Shown: one piece after another, positions 39,930 through 53,071 of the stretch | Position numbering within the stretch: the first letter of the stretch is position 1 | How the letters are laid out: every line of letters starts with the position of its first letter | NCBI GenBank assembly: GCA_951406725.2 | Contig: OX597824.1 | Coordinates: forward strand, 10,540,001 to 10,604,000 | Source of the DNA: Octopus vulgaris | Taxonomy: Eukaryota | Direction of reading: 5' to 3' | DNA: 64,000 nt | The notes under the pieces: generated by a model | The model's database searches: none | The model's input: only the letters and a program-made list of their open reading frames with translations | Told to the model about the DNA's origin: nothing | Position numbers and translations under genes: made by a program

Positions 39930-40376
39930 GGCGCAGGAGTGGCTGTGTGGTAAGTAGCTTTATTTTATATATATAGGCGCAGGAGTGGCTGTGTGGTAAG
40001 TAGCTTGCTAACCAGCCACATGGTTCCGGGTTCAGTCCCACTGCGTGGCATCTTGGGCAAGTGTCTTCTGCTATAGCCCCGGGCCGACCAATGCCTTGTG
40101 AGTGGATTTGGTAGACGGAAACTGAAAGAAGCCTGTCGTATATATGTATATATATATATGTGTTTGTTTGTGTGTCTGTGTTTGTTCACCTAGCATTGCT
40201 TGACAACCGATGCTGGTGTGTTTACGTCCCCGTCACTTAGCGGTTCGGCAAAAAAGAGACCGATAGAATAAGTACTGGGCTTACAAAGAATAAGTCCCGG
40301 GGTCGAGTTGCTCGATTAAAGGCGGTGCTCCAGCATGGCCGCAGTCAAATGACTGAAACAAGTAAAAGAGAAAAAG
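39930..40376 (+). mobile_element. SINE family C, full length and young, with a duplicated 5' ~30 bp
   Basis: ggcgcaggagtggctgtgtggtaag head occurs at 39930 and 39977; gggttcagtccc B-box; tail gactgaaacaagtaaaagag. Confidence 0.92.
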
Positions 40377-40549
40377 ATATATATACATATATATGTATAT
40401 ATATATATATACATATATATTTATTTATATATATATATATACACATATATATATTATATTATATATTGCGTATATGTATGCATAAATAGATAGATGTGTT
40501 TGTGTGTGCATGTGTAAATATACATGTACATTATATATTACATATACAC

Positions 40550-40582
<33 letters not shown>

Positions 40583-41352
40583 GTCAGATTTATAAACTTG
40601 ATTGCAAATATATGAGAGTTGTAAAACTTTTACAACTCTGACAGTTACTTCGCTGTACGAGTATGACAGCAGTGTTCTCCCACCAGCTGCTCATTACGCA
40701 CTTACAACAAAGAGTAAATGCCTTGTACTTTGTCAGACAACATAAAACAAGGCTTAATAGGATAAAATTAACAAACAGCGTATGCATTTTGCACAGAATT
40801 TCTCACAAAACAAGATAATTAATGACAGCACAGTTTTATTAGCACAACAAACACAGTGGGTTGTCAGAATCATTAGGACGTTAGTAGTTGAATTACTTTG
40901 CAGTATTTCTTCTAATTCTTTACATTCTGGGTTCAAATCCTGCCACGGTCAACTTTCTTAAACTCTCAGCTCCCTATGAAGAATAGGCCCTCCACTAGTC
41001 TTGACTCAGGGCTGTCTATTCTGTGTCTCTCCAGTTAGAACCCTACTTTTCCAGCCTTACTCCCACCTCCCTTGTGGGTCATTTCCCCACTCACTCTTCA
41101 GATGTATGTTTCCTAAGGGAAGCCCTTCCTTTCCTGGATTTTGTTTGTTTTGAACAAGCATAAACACAACAAAACATGGATTTAGCAACATTATTGAAAA
41201 GGTGTCAAAATTGTGATGATTTTTGCTCAATAAATGATGAGGGGCAAACATATCCATATCCTTGGTGTGTCTTTTCATATTTTCCATATGTTCCTTTGCT
41301 GTCCTCTTGTGCCACATTTTACCATTTATATATGTGTGTATATATCTATATA

Positions 41353-41760
41353 TATTGGGTCATCCCATAAATAATGCAGCTTTTTTTTACACTTCTTTTA
41401 TTTTTCAAAATTAAGGTAAACAAAGTTCTTTTTTAATCTAAAATATACTCTTCTTCATTTCCTACAATCCTCTTCCATCTAACTGGTAGACTTGCAAGGC
41501 CTCTCTTCCAAAATTCATTTGTTTGTGATGAAAAATACTCCTCCACTACTGTTCCGACCTCATCTACAGAATTCATATTTTTTCTGTCCAAATGATTTTG
41601 AAGACTGCAGAATAAATGATAGTCAGATGGAGCAATGTCCAGCGAATATGGTGGGTGGGGCATCGTTTCCCATTGAAATTGCTCCAGCCATTGGAATGTC
41701 ATCCTTGCTGTATGTGGCCGAACATTATCCATGGAAGAACACCATAATGCAAATAGTGAC
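41353..41760 (-). mobile_element. mariner transposase 3' fragment with one TIR
   Basis: DNVRPH...PHPPYSLDIAPSDYHLF (the mariner YSPDLAPSD motif); terminal TA-ttgggtcatcccataa. Confidence 0.9.
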
Positions 41761-41780
41761 CTTCATTCCCAACATTCTCT

Positions 41781-41988
41781 GAAATATGCCTGGGGAAATA
41801 TTACCTTACTAACAGGTGATGGTTGGCAGCAGGAAGAGCATCAAGTGATGGAAAATCCACCACAATAAATTCAGTCCAACCCATGAAATATGCCTGGGGA
41901 AATATTACCTTACTAACAGGTGATGGTTGGCAGCAGGAAGAGCATCGAGTGATGGAAAATCCACCACAATAAATTCAGTCCAACCCAT
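41781..41988. repeat. Direct tandem duplication of ~105 bp
   Basis: gaaatatgcctggggaaat...gtccaacccat occurs twice, nearly identical; derived from an old retroposon tail. Confidence 0.9.
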
Positions 41989-42270
41989 GGAGAAGTGAAT
42001 GTTAAAACAAAAGATAAAGGCTGCATGACTGTTATTTGAGAGACAGAAGCCAATCTGTTGCAAACAACAATGCCGTTTCAAAAGATACAATATTTTTACA
42101 TAGAGTTGCTCAGAGAAGAACGATTATTGCATTCTCTCAAATATTCTTTCGTTGTGTGCTCATTCTAGCTATTCTGGTGATACAAAAATATCAATGGTAA
42201 GCAAAAATCTCAATGATATAAAAAAAAAGCTCCAGATAGGTCTCAGTGCAATACATATGCATATAACTAA

Positions 42271-42659
42271 CTAGCAGTATCGCCCGGCGTTGCTCAGGTT
42301 TGTTTTGACCCTTTAGAATTGGAATTTTTGAAAAGTAAAAACTTTGCATTATGTAGCTTGTTATTCTCTTTAAGTGAACATTTTTCTGGTTGAAATACAC
42401 TGAAAAATGGCAACACAGCAGTCAAAAAATCGTAAAAATTGGGATTTTCATAGAAAAAAAGCACCTTATTGATGTAAATAATTTTTGGTCTGAACATGGT
42501 CCGATTTGAATTTTATCTTCTAGGGAATGAAGAGCAAGCCTTCTTCTATCATACTCTCAATTTTGGTCAACTTGCGCCACAGGGTCTCAGAGGAGATAGT
42601 GTTAGTTGAAGGCTACCAAACCTGCCACACACAGACAACTTCAGCTTTATATGTATAGA
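42271..42659 (-). mobile_element. Non-autonomous Helitron
   Basis: The minus strand reads TCTATA...hairpin...CTAG between A and T. The terminal ~33 bp are shared with 8763-9146. Confidence 0.8.
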
Positions 42660-43125
42660 TATAGATAAACATCTGGTTTTGGAAGTTTATAATAAGCAGT
42701 CAGATTAAGTTTCAATATCACCATTTGAAAGAAAATGACACATAAGCCGTCTATAATAAACCTGACCTGAGAAACGGCTCTTCTGATTGACAAAAGAGCC
42801 ATCTGGTCATCTAGATTTTTTTTAGTATCTCTCATACATATTCTTGAATAGAGCAGAAAAAAGACAATTCACAATAGGCTGGATGTTGGATAAGGAAACA
42901 CAACAGTGTCAATATAAAGCACATTTTATTGGCAAAATAAAATATAAGAATAACAAATAATATTGATAATCTAACAGAAAATTTCCATTATCAAATACAA
43001 AAAAAAAACTCACATGTGTTTGAACAAAGTGTGCCTGGGATTTAAAGTCCAATGCACAAAAAAGTTCAATATTTCCAAGCAAAGAAGCTAATTATGGTAG
43101 GTTTATGTTTTTTGCTTTTTTAATC

Positions 43126-43640
43126 CGGCACAGGTGCGGCTGTGTGGTAAGAAGCTTGTTCCCCAACCACATGGTTCCGAGTTCAATCCCACTATGTGTC
43201 ACCTTGGACAAGTGTCTTCTACTATGGCCTTGGGTCAAGTAAAGTCTTGTGAGTGAATTTGGTAGACAGAAACTGAAAGAAGCCCATTGGAATTTTGTCA
43301 GTGAACGGGTCACGGTCTCAAAGCGACGAAAGTATTTTGGAAAATTAAATTTAAATGTTGCAATGAATCTAACGGTTTTTGTGTATTTCTTAAATGGCTT
43401 ACAAACACCTTCCATGCTGCAATTGTTTATATGTGTGTGTGTGTGTGTGTGTGTGTTTGTCCCTCCCACGATCGCTTGACAATGATGTTGGTGTGTTTAC
43501 ATCCCCATTACTTTGTGGTTTGGCAAAAGAGACTGATAGAATAAGTACTAGGCTTACAAAGGATGTCCCAGGGTCGATTTGTTCAGCTAAAGCCGGTGCT
43601 CCAACATGACTGCAGTCAAATAACTGAAACAAGTAAAAGA
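43126..43640 (+). mobile_element. SINE family C carrying a ~140 bp insert at its internal microsatellite
   Basis: C head and tail flank unrelated sequence at about 43288-43428. Confidence 0.8.
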
Positions 43641-44073
43641 ATTTATTTTATTTTAGCCAGCAAAATTAAGGCGATGCTGGAAGACAGTGGTGATGATGTC
43701 ACTGACGACAGCAACACTAAAGCCAATGCCAACACTGATGCTGCTAATGCCAAAGTCACCACCAATGATGCTGCCGCCAACACTGCCAACACCAACAATG
43801 ATGAAGATGGTGATGGTTCACATACATGCTTCTGGAGAATATTCCAAGACTTCAAGCCAGTTCAATAAGGAGGCTATTCAGTCAATTCAATACTCTAATC
43901 AAGCCAATCTTTATACCAAATATAATGGGGTTGTATTGTTAGAGGGCCAAATACTGCATTATTTATCTTGAGAGGACCTCTCATAAAGACACACAATGCA
44001 TAAAAGCACACAGGTCTCTAAAAATACATTCATGTCACGTTGGATATAAATATTGCCTTCTAGTATTAATAAA

Positions 44074-44305
44074 TATTTCTTTATTGCCCACAAGGGGCTA
44101 AACATAGAGGGAACAAACAAGGACAGACAAAGGGATTAAGTCGATTACATCGACCCCAGTGCGTAACTGGTACTTAATTTATCCACCCCGAAAGGATGAA
44201 AAGCAAAGTCGACCTCGGCAGAATTTGAACTCAGAACTTAACGGCAGATGAAATACTTCTAAGCATTTCGCCAGGCATGCTAATATTTCTGCCAGTTCGC
44301 CGTCT
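44074..44305 (-). mobile_element. SINE family B
   Basis: Match to family B. A divergent + strand copy follows at about 44332-44530. Confidence 0.88.
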
Positions 44306-44554
44306 TAAAACTGCTTTCTGAAAAGGCTGAGAGCTGGTAGACTCATTAGCATACCAGAGAAAATGCTTAGCAACATTTCGTGTCTTTATATTCTGAGTTC
44401 AAATTCTGCTGAGGTCAAACTTTGCCTGTCAATCTTTCAGGGTCAATAAAATAAGTACCAGCTGAGTCCTGGAGTTGATGTAATCCACTTACTTACACCC
44501 CAAAATTGCTGGCCTTGTGCCAAAATTTGAAGCCGATATTAACACTGTTCTTGT

Positions 44555-44779
44555 TACTCTTTTATTTGTTTCAGTCATGTGACTGTGGCCATGCTAGAGC
44601 ACTGCCTTTAGTCGAGCTAATCAACCCCAGGTCTTATTCCTTGTAAGCCTAGTACTTATTCTATTGGTCTCTTTTGCTGAACCGCTAAGTTACGGGGACA
44701 TAAACACAACAGCATCAGTTGTCAAGTGATGTTGGGGGGATAAACACAAACACACAAACATATACACAGACATACATAC

Positions 44780-44824
<45 letters not shown>

Positions 44825-45040
44825 AGAAGCCCGTTGTATATATGTATATATATATATATATACATATATACATATATACGATGGGCTTCTTTCAGTTTCC
44901 GTCTACCAAATCCACTCATAAGGCTTTGGTCGGCCCGAGGCTATAGTAGAAGACATTTGCCCAAGGTGCTACGCAGTGGGACTGAACCCAGAACCATGTA
45001 GTTCGTAAGCAAGCTACTTACCACACAGCCACTCCTACAC
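44555..45040 (-). mobile_element. SINE family C
   Basis: Match to family C, with a small internal duplication or inversion around the microsatellite. Confidence 0.88.
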
Positions 45041-45141
45041 CTGCTCCTGTTGCTAATAATTATTTATTCTAATTAGTGTTCAAACTGACCGTGACTTGCT
45101 TACAAATTACTTTCATGACAGGTATTTATGCGTACACACAT

Positions 45142-45178
<37 letters not shown>

Positions 45179-45515
45179 TATAATGCACATACATGAACAT
45201 GCATGCTCATGAATGCATACACATGTTGCCAGGTAAGATGGAAGCATCGTTGAATATTCATGATGCTTAATAAGTCAGTGAATGCTGCAAAATGTAGATG
45301 TGTTTCTAAGAACTAGAAACATACCAAAAACTAATGAGATATCAACAGTATTCAGTGATTAAAGCATTACAAGTGGTGAAGTGAAGTTCATTTCATTGGG
45401 AAAGAAAAAATAATATATTTGAGATAAGAAATTCTTTCAAAAGGGTAACGTTGTCCCAGATAAGAAGTAACTAAAAATGGAGTGAGGTCTTTTCAACTCA
45501 AAGACTAAAATACTT

Positions 45516-45845
45516 TGTTGTTACTGGCGGCAGTGGCGGTGGTAGCAGTGGTGGTGGTGGTGGTGGCGGCGGCGGTGGTGGTGGTGGTGGTGGTGGCGGT
45601 GCTGGTGGCGGTGGTGGTGGTGGTGATGCTGCTGCTGGTGGTGGTGCTGGTGGCAGTGGCGGTGGTGCTGGTGGTGCTGGTGCTAGTGGTGGTCGTGGTG
45701 ATGGTGGTTGTGGTCGTGGTCGTGGTGGCGGCAGTGGTGGTAGTTGTGGTGGTGGTGGTGGTGGTTGTCGTCACTACCACCTCTGCCACCTCCACAGACA
45801 CTACTACCACCACCTTCGCCATCATCATCATCATCATCATCGTTG
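45516..45845. repeat. Degenerate (GTG)n tract switching to (ACC)/(ATC)n
   Basis: Direct inspection. Confidence 0.93.
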
Positions 45846-46344
45846 TATAAGTCCTTCAGCAATCCTAGTTGAGCAGACCTATGATCAAAAGTGTTTCAGT
45901 CATAACCATCCCATATTTATTTCTAGATATTCTGTGCGATATCTCAAATATTTGGCTGGTATTTTTAGCAGCTTGAATGACCTCATAGAGACTCCCTCAT
46001 TGTTGTATTTAATAGAAGACACACTATAAAACCTGACAAGTATTAGAGAGATGAAGCTTAGATGGAGCTGGCTTTTGTACCACTCGTGTAGTTAAGCTGG
46101 CACTACAGATATATTCATACATACGTGCAGGCAGGCATGGTAAGAAGCTTGTTTCCCAACCACATGGTCCTGGGTTCAGTCCCACTGTGTGGGACCTTAA
46201 GCAAGTGCCTTCTACCTTAGCCTCAGGCTGACCAAAAACTTGTAAATGGGTTAGGTAGACAGAAATGGGGGTCGTCTTTACTTTGTTTTCTCCCCTACTT
46301 CTTCGCTCTCCTGTGTGACCCTTCTGTCTGGCAGTCGCCATGAT

Positions 46345-46525
46345 AGATCGTTAGCCACTACACACATTTTTTTGTCTCCTTGTTTTTTTTCTGTGTCCCT
46401 TTCTGTAGAAAAGCACAGGCTCGAAACGTAAAAGACTTTTTCTATTCCTGAGCGTTATACTAATACATTTGTTTGTTTTGTACACCACCTGTCTTCGTCT
46501 TTTGTTTTTTTCGTAAACTCTCCCC
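46345..46525 (+). mobile_element. Penelope-like pseudo-LTR fragment
   Basis: About 180 bp repeat also present inverted at 50533-50712. It contains a minimal hammerhead-like motif. Confidence 0.65.
46399..46434 (+). ncRNA. Minimal type I hammerhead-ribozyme-like motif
   Basis: cttt-CTGTAGAA-aagc acag gctc-GAAA-cg-TA-aaag: stem I cttt/aaag, imperfect stem II, palindromic acgt stem III. Confidence 0.55.
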
Positions 46526-47031
46526 AGAGATTGAAAGCAACCTGCCGTGTGTGTGTGTGTGCATGTATGTGTCTGCGTGTGTGAGTCTTTGTGTCTGTGT
46601 CTATCCGCCGCTACTGTTTGACAACCGGCGTTGGAGTGTTTACATCTCTGTAACTTAGCAGTTCAGTGAAGGAGTCTGATAAAATAACTACCGGGATTAA
46701 AAACAAAACAATAAGTACTGGGGTCGATTCATTCAACCAAAATTCTTCAAGATGCTGCCCCAGCATGGCCACAGTCTAATGACTGAAATAAGTAAAAGAT
46801 ACAGATAAAGATGCACACACACACACACACACTAACACACACACACAAACACATACACACATTCACATGCACACACACACACACTCACATGTATGAATAT
46901 AATTATATATACATACATATATAGAAATATTATTATTTCTAAATCTCTCTAAAGGAGGCTATGGCAGCAGTATTGGGTATTAATAGTTATTGCCAAGCTA
47001 ACATGGAAGTCCAGAAAAATACATATATAGT

Positions 47032-47258
47032 TGAGCTGGCAGAAACGTTAGCACGCCGGGCAAAATGCGTAGCCGTATTTTGTCTGCCGTTACGTTCTGA
47101 GTTCAAATTCTGCCGAGGTCGACTTTGCCTTTCATCCTTTCAGGGTCAATAAATAAAGTAACAGTTTCATAACGGGGTCGATGTAATCAACTTTATCCCT
47201 TTGTCAGTCCTTGTTTGTCCCCTCTATGTTTAGCCCCTTGTGGGGCAGTAAAGAAATA
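47032..47258 (+). mobile_element. SINE family B
   Basis: Match to family B. Confidence 0.9.
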
Positions 47259-47887
47259 CATTAGCACAAGCCCTGAAACTTAGTAGAGGGGTTTATTCAA
47301 TTGCATTGACTCCAGTATTTTACTGGTACCTTATTACGTTGGCCCATGAGGAATGAAAGGTAAAGTGGAATGGAATTTTAGCCCAGAATATAAAAGAGAT
47401 GAAAGAAAAACTGCAAAATACTTTTTTACATTCTTTACATTCTCAGCACAAATTCCATCATGGTCAACTTTGCCTGTCATCCCTCTGGAATCAATGAAAT
47501 ATAGTAACAATCAAGATTGTGTGTGTGTGTGGAGAGAGAGAGAGATGCAAGTGTAGTTGTGTGGTAAGAAGTTTGCTTGAAACCACATGGTTTCGGGTTC
47601 AGTCCCACTGCATGGCAACTTGAGCAAGTGTCTTCCACTATAGCCTCAGGTCAACCAAAGCTTTCTGAGTGGATTTGGTAGACAGAAACTATCAGGTTAA
47701 GTAAAAAGTAACCAGCGTTTTGAACCATGAAGAATTTGTACCGGATCTTTGCAGAGTTTTGAATTCTTTTAAAGATTTTTTTTAAAAAATTATCTGATAA
47801 TACAGACATAGACTTTCCCAAATGCATCAATAAATTAGCATTGATATTTTTTTTTACTGTTCTTAACCACCACACCACATGCCATTG

Positions 47888-47957
47888 GGCATATGGCGTG
47901 GTGGTTAAGAGCGCAGGCTACTAACCCCAAGATTCTGAGTTTGAATCCTGGCAGAGA

Positions 47958-48005
<48 letters not shown>

Positions 48006-48068
48006 CATCGAAAAATACCTCAGGAATGAAAACCCAGGTTCAAAATTTCCACAAGACACCTAATGAAG
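47888..48068 (+). mobile_element. tRNA-headed SINE with internal (AAT)n
   Basis: tggcgtggtggttaagagc A-box and gagtttgaatcc B-box. Confidence 0.6.
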
Positions 48069-48144
48069 TTCTCTCTCAACCCAAGGTAATGTGGTGGTGG
48101 AACAATGTTGTTGACAAGGCTATTAGGGAAAAGAAACAGTCTCT

Positions 48145-49325
48145 GGAAATTCAAGGGGCGGTTGCGATTCAGACAGTACAACCCTACTTTGGAATGAAAG
48201 TATATAAAGCTTGTCAGTCATCCGGTGTCACATGTGGCTATACTTGGAACTATAAAATATATACTGGCGAGGACAGGGTCACAGACATTCTAGCATCAAC
48301 TAATGTCGTCATGTCATTGAATGATGAACTATTAGACAAAGGGTATAGCATTTATATGGATAACTGGTTTTCCAGTCCCGACTTGTTTCAGCAGCTGCAG
48401 GCCAGGAGAATGCCTGTGGGATGGTCCGCACTTTCAGGAGGAATATGCCCTCAATCTTTGAAAGCCAAAACTTGAGAAAGGAGAATTTGCATACCGTTCG
48501 ATGGACAGTGGCCTCCTGGTGTTGGTCTGGCGAGACAGAAAGTACGTGACCATGCTGAGAACGATGCACTCTGCTGCAATGTCTGAAACTGGCAAGCGAA
48601 ATCGTGCAGGGGACTCCATCATAAAACCCGATGCTGTACAGGACTACAACAGAGCAATGAGTGGGTTGGATAGATCCAATCAGCTGGCTACCATGCACAA
48701 ATCTGCACGAAGATTCGGAAAATGGTACAAAAAAATATTTTTGTACATTGTGGATATGGCACTCATGAACACACATCTGATCCGGTGATGCTGGGTTGCG
48801 AAGCAACTGGACGTACATTTTGCGAGGCTTTGATAAATGAAATTATCAAAGTTTCTGAGCTGCCCAACTATCGAACACATGGACGTCCTCACGACCGACC
48901 ATCTCCAAACTGGCTTCTGAACCAATGAGGACATTTCTCGCACTTCATAATACCAATGAAAAAAAAGCAGAACCTGGCAAGGAAATGTGTTGCATGCACC
49001 TCACACCACTGTAGGTGCAAAACCGGATATCGTTGTCCGGACTGTGATGTGTCCCTTTGCATAATATCGTGTTTTGAGTTGCACTACATGCAAGCTATTT
49101 TTTGAACTTGAGCAGAATAACTCATGCATATCATATTATGATAAATAGCTCCACATAGTTTGTTTTCATAAACCGGTAGACGTAAATGTACAACGCTATG
49201 TTATTGTAATGGTGAATGTAAATAGAGGCGAGGTCATTGGCACTTGTTTGTTTGTGTGGCCTCATTAGATAAAAAAAACACAGAGCAGTGTTTCGTATGC
49301 TTCAAGTAATACTGGCATCAAGGGG
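48145..49325 (+). mobile_element. piggyBac element 3' portion with frameshifted transposase and right end
   Basis: FGMKVY, YTWNYKIYTG, IYMDNWFSSPDL, WRDRKYV, YNRAMSGLDRSNQ, KWYKKIF, a C-terminal CxxC...CPDCDVSLC domain, and terminal aagggg-TTAA. Confidence 0.9.
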
Positions 49326-49329
49326 TTAA

Positions 49330-49761
49330 AAGCACTATCTGAATGTGATCGTTGCCAGGGTTGCTGACTGGCTCCCGTACCAGCGGCACGTAAAAAGCAC
49401 TATTTGAGTGTGATTGTTGCCAGTGTCGCCTTTACTGGCACATGAAAAATAACATTCGAGCATGGCCGTTGCCAATGCTGCCAAACTGGTTCCCATGCAG
49501 ATGGCACATAAAAAACACCTTTTGAGTGTGGTTGCTCCAAGAACCACCTGACAGGCCCCTCATGCCGATGGCATGTAAAAGCACCCACTACACTCTCAGA
49601 GTGGTTGGAGTTAGGAAGGGTATCCAGCTGTAGAAACTTTGCCAGATTAGATTGGAGCCTAGAGCAGCTTTCTGGCTTGCCAGTCCTCAGTCAAACTTTC
49701 CAACCCATGCCAAGCGGACGTTAAACGATGACAATGACGACGACGATGATGATGATAATGA
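49330..49761 (+). mobile_element. Family A retroposon, older subfamily
   Basis: Tandem units and (gat/gac)n tail. Confidence 0.85.
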
Positions 49762-50421
49762 TATATATATATATATATATATCAAGATTAATCAGCCAAA
49801 ATTGCGAAGATGATCCGGTTCTTGATTGAAGATTGAAGGCTACGAATGTCCTGTCCGTGTTTTTTGTATCGTCTTCTAAATGTTTCACGTTCTTGTCCCA
49901 GTTTGTATTTTTTTACATTTACATATATATATATATATATGTATATATGTATATGTGTAAATGTTTCTTATGTCATACAAATTTAGAAACTTGGGTGTGA
50001 AATAATTTCTTTTCTAAAGTGCAATTCAAAGTAGCTAAAGCTATAAATAATGCCATGTGAACATCAGACCAATAATGCTGTTATTTATATCTTTAGCTCC
50101 TGTAATTCCCACCATTAAAATCAAATTATATGCATACGTGTATGTAATAAAAGAACACTAATGAATCCTGTAACTAATCCATGTACAAATTTGTATGTAT
50201 GTAAATATATATATATATATATATATATGTATATGTGTGTGTGTTTGTGTGTCTGTGTTTGTCCCCCTAGCATTGCTTGACAACCGATGCTGGTGTGTTT
50301 ACGTCCCCGTCACTTAGCGGTTCAGCAAAAAGAGACCGATAGAATAAGTACTAAAAGGTGGTGCTCCAGCATGGCCGCAGTCGAATGACTGAAACAAGTA
50401 AAAAAGAGTAAAAGAGAGTAA

Positions 50422-50532
<111 letters not shown>

Positions 50533-50712
50533 GTGAGAATTTACAAAAATAACAAAAGACGAAGACAGGTGTGTTATCAACAAACAGATATATTAGTTTA
50601 ATGTTCAGGAAATGAGAAAGTCTTTTACGTTTAGAGCCTACGCTCTTCGACAGAAAGGAACACAGAAATAAACAGGAAGAGAAAATAGGAAAAGGTATAG
50701 TGGCTAGCGATA
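50533..50712 (-). mobile_element. Penelope-like pseudo-LTR fragment within (TA)n
   Basis: Homologous to 46345-46525. Confidence 0.65.
50622..50657 (-). ncRNA. Minimal hammerhead-like motif, second copy (GAAA mutated to TAAA)
   Basis: cttt-CTGTCGAA-gagc gtag gctc-TAAA-cg-TA-aaag with a perfect stem II. Confidence 0.5.
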
Positions 50713-50716
50713 TATC

Positions 50717-50768
<52 letters not shown>

Positions 50769-50784
50769 TCTTTTTATTTATTTT

Positions 50785-51183
50785 TTTTACTTTTTTTTTT
50801 GTTTCAGTCATTTGACTGCGGCCTTACTGGAGCACCGCCTTTAGTCAAGCAACTCGACCCCGGGACTTATTCTTTGTAAGCCCAGTACTTATTCTATCGG
50901 TCTCTTTTGCTGAACCGCTAAGTTATGGGGACATAAACACACCAGCATCGGTTGTCAAGCAATGCTAAGGGGACAAACACAGACACACAAACATACACGC
51001 ACACATATATATATATACATATATACGACGGGCTTCTTTCAGTTTCCGTCTACCAAATCCACCCCCAAGGCTTTGGTCAGCCTGAGCCTATAGTAGAAAA
51101 CACTTGCCCAAGGTTCCACGCAGTGGGACTGAACCTGGAACCATGTGGTTGGTAAGCAAGCTTCTTACCACACAGCCACTCCT

Positions 51184-51188
<5 letters not shown>
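50785..51188 (-). mobile_element. SINE family C between (TA)n tracts
   Basis: Full-length match. Confidence 0.9.
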
Positions 51189-51228
<40 letters not shown>

Positions 51229-51758
51229 GATATATATAAATATAAATATATATATGTAGATATATATAAATATTTATATATATATATATTTATATATATA
51301 TATATTTATTTATATTTATATATATCTACATATATATATCTCGCAAAACGAATATATAAACGTATATTTATATATATATATATGAATGAATGAATGAGTG
51401 GACAAACATGTGTAACAAGATAAGTTCATCCCGTGCACTTGTGAAATTTGCATGGAACTGTATCAGACTTGTTTATGTGTGGGTGGGAGAGGGGGGATGG
51501 GGAGGGGAAGAGGGAGGGAGATAGAAGTAATAAAGGGGATATAGGACAGAGGGATGAATGCTTGGGTATTCATCAGTTGTTGAACTGGTATAAACCTGTT
51601 GAACATTCACCTGCCAGATAATAGCTTGTAGCTTTCACGAATGCAAAGGTCCAAAAAGCAACCAAATCTCATTGTTGCTGATACATTGTTTCTGCTAGAA
51701 AAGCATAACTTCATCACAGCTGTTTTGCTGTGCCAGAGCAAACATGGTAGGATCATAA

Positions 51759-52249
51759 GGCGGCGAGCTGGCAGAAACGTTAGCACGCCGGGTGAAATGT
51801 GTAGCCATATTTCGTCTGAGTTCAAATTCCGCCGAAGTCGGCTTTGCTTTTCATCATTTCGGGGTTGATAATTTCAAAGTCCAGTATTTATTCTACCATT
51901 CTCTTTTCCCGAACCGGTGCATAAACAAACCAACACCGGTTATCAAGCAGTGTAGTGGGAATAAACACAGACGAGGCACGCACACACACATATATGAACG
52001 ACGGGCTCCCTCACAGTTTCCGTATAATTCACTTACAAGGCATTGATCGCCCCTGGGCTATCATAACTCAAAATCACATGGCTGCAAAGCTAGCTTCTTA
52101 ACCACAGTGCCTCATTATATATATATATATATATAATAAATTAAGTACCAGGTATGCACTAGGGTCGATATAATCGACTTAATCCGTTTGTCTGTCCTTG
52201 TTTGTTTGTCCTCTCTGTGTTTAGCCCCTTGTGGGTAGTAAAGAAATAG
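51759..52249 (+). mobile_element. SINE family B split by about 270 bp of SINE C-derived and TA sequence
   Basis: B head at 51759-51870 and B tail at 52137-52249. Confidence 0.7.
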
Positions 52250-52749
52250 GTAGGATCAGAACTCTTGCTAACTTGTTTACAGATATATTTGATAGTCTTC
52301 ATTGAATTGCAGAACTCCACATTAAGGTGTACATTGGTCAGGTGTTAGTAGTAGACAATTATCTACCTGTTGTTCATTTTAAGCAATTCAACCAATGTTT
52401 GGAAAAACTCCGTCACCTTACTCTTCTTCTATAGGAAAGATACCTTTCATCATATGTTTGGGTTTCCTTGAAAATTAGTCTTGAAAAATTAATCGCAGGA
52501 ACTGTTTCATGCTTCTTTTTCTTTTTCTTTTTTCTTTTTCTTTTCTTATGCTAGGTAAACTCTTGTTGGCTATAATACAAGGACCACAAATCATTTTGGT
52601 TTTAACAACACTAAAGAACTCTTTGACCCTGGCATGATCTGGGAGCTCTACTGATATTATAAAATCAATTTGAATGGTGTGAATCTCTTTTTGTTAATCA
52701 GAATAGGACATGTTCTCTGACAAGCCTCCTTTTTTTTTTTTTTGTCACT

Positions 52750-53071
52750 CTATGGTTAGAGCATCGAGCTTACAATCGTGAGGTTGTGAGCTCAAATCCT
52801 GGACCGAGCTGCATGTTGTGTTCTTGAGCAAGACACTTTATTTCACATTGTTCCAGTTCACTCAGCTGTAGAAATGTGTTGCGATGTCACAGGTGCCAAG
52901 CTGTATCAGCCATTGCCTTTCCCTTGGATAACACTGGTGGCATAGAGAGGGGAGGCTGGTATGCATGGGCAACTGCTGGTCTTCCATAAACAGTCTTGCC
53001 CAGACTTGTGTGTGGGAGGGTAACTTTCTAGGTGCAATCCCATGGTCAGTGTCATGACCGAAGGGGGTCTC
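52750..53071 (+). mobile_element. tRNA-derived SINE family E
   Basis: tggttagagc...gagctcaaatcc head and gttcttgagcaagacacttta body. Confidence 0.75.

Noticed and set aside
43563-43971. Ala/Asn/Asp-rich ORFs
   Set aside because: Low-complexity trinucleotide-derived tract that starts inside a SINE.
45505-45850. Mucin-like poly-Thr or poly-Val ORF
   Set aside because: Degenerate trinucleotide repeat with no splice or coding context.
48026-48140. N-terminus of the piggyBac ORF
   Set aside because: Read-through from a SINE and a short RTE-like LINE scrap (VMWWWNNVVDKAIREKK); not transposase sequence.
49782-49920. Possible further hammerhead (ttgaaga...cgaatgtc)
   Set aside because: Core and stems are too degenerate to support from a single copy.
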